Source: Octopus sinensis
Lineage: Eukaryota
Direction: 5' to 3'
Assembly: GCF_006345805.1 (NCBI RefSeq)
Contig: NW_021833289.1
Coordinates: 1-64,000 of the forward strand
DNA: 64,000 nt
Under the pieces are notes generated by a model that made no database searches, was not told where the DNA came from, and saw nothing but the letters and a program-made list of their open reading frames with translations. Shown one piece after another: positions 62,950 to 64,000 of this stretch. The position numbers and the translations under genes are program-made. Each line of letters starts with the position of its first letter. Position 1 is the stretch's first letter.

Positions 62950-63305
62950 TTTACTTGTTTCAGTCATTAGACTGCGGCCTTGAAGAAGTCTAGTCGAACG
63001 AATCGACTCCAGTACTTATTTTTGTATGTCTTTTGACGAACCGCTAAGTTACGGGGACGTAAACACAACAACACCGAATATAAAAACGACGGTGGGGGAC
63101 AAACACAGACACACACATATATATAATTATATGTGCGTGTGTATATACAACAGGCTTCTTTCAGTTTCCGTCTACCAAATCAACTCACAAGGCCTTGGTC
63201 GACCCGAGGCTGTAGTAGAAGACACTTGTCGAAAGCACCAAGCAGCGGGACTGAACCCGGAACCGTATTGCTAGGAAGAAAGCTTCTTACCACACAGCCA
63301 TGCCT
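62950..63305 (-). mobile_element. SINE family A (tail-to-tail with the previous copy)
   Basis: Reverse complement of the family A consensus. Confidence 0.8.
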
Positions 63306-63700
63306 ATATCTACATACACACGTGACACTCCGTCGGTTGCGACGAGGAGGGTTTCACTTGATCTGAATCAATGGAACAGCTTGCTCGTGAAATTAACGTG
63401 TAAGTGGCTGAGCACTCCACAGACATGTGTACCCTTAATGTAGATCTTGGGGGAGATTCAGCGTGACACAGAGTATGACAAGGCTGGCCCTTTTGAAATA
63501 CAGGTACAACAGAAACAAGAAGGAGCGAGAGAAAGTTGTGGTTAAAGAATACAGTAGGGCTTGTCACAAACCCCTGCTGGAGCCTCGTGGAGCTTTAGGT
63601 GTTTTCACTCAATAAACACTCACAACGCTCGGTCTGGAAATCGAAACCACGATCCTACGACCGTGAGTCCGCTGCCCTAACCACTGGGCCATTGCGACAC
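63305..63700 (-). mobile_element. SINE family C
   Basis: Reverse complement of 24068-24445-type sequence; head at about 63640-63700. Confidence 0.85.
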
Positions 63701-64000
63701 CACGGCTACATACATATATTATGTATCAGTGTATAAATCTTTTGTTTTAGTAGTTTCAGGCAATGGACTGTGGCCATGCTGGAGCACCACATTATTTTAA
63801 TATAATTATTACCTTTTTCCATACCCCTGTTTTGAAGTTTTATGGTTGGAAGTTAGTCCATAATTGATTTTCCTTGTGTGTGTGTGTGTGTGTGTGTGTG
63901 TTTGAGTTTCGTTTTGTAGTACAAGAATCTAGTTATATGGCAATATTCTTTGTAGACATTACTACAGTACTACTGAAACAGTTCCTTCCTCTCATTAGAG

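Overview
AT-rich, repeat-saturated animal genomic DNA. The SINE and retro-tail families are ones I recognise from Octopus (coleoid cephalopod); this assignment is an inference from memory of those repeats, not a database result. The window reads as intronic or intergenic: I could not confidently identify any host protein-coding exon, and nearly all ORFs in the supplied track come from microsatellites or SINEs. Content: three tRNA-derived SINE families, an RTE-type 3'-tail element with an internal ~50-bp minisatellite, LINE fragments (R4/Dong-type and other REL endonuclease ends, RTE-type RT C-termini), non-autonomous Helitrons, and MITEs of mariner, Tigger/Tc1, hAT, Mutator-like and piggyBac-like types (one amplified into a ~251-bp tandem array). 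There is also a ~1.85-kb tandem duplication that may be an assembly artefact. The most striking signal is at RNA level: eight minimal type-I hammerhead ribozyme motifs at seven loci (intact or single-mismatch cores, co-varying helix I, palindromic helix III). Two of them sit in the arms of an apparently perfect 256-bp-arm palindrome (44013-44530), and two further long DNA hairpins lie next to hammerhead-bearing elements. Boundaries of dispersed repeats are approximate unless TSD/TIR evidence is given.
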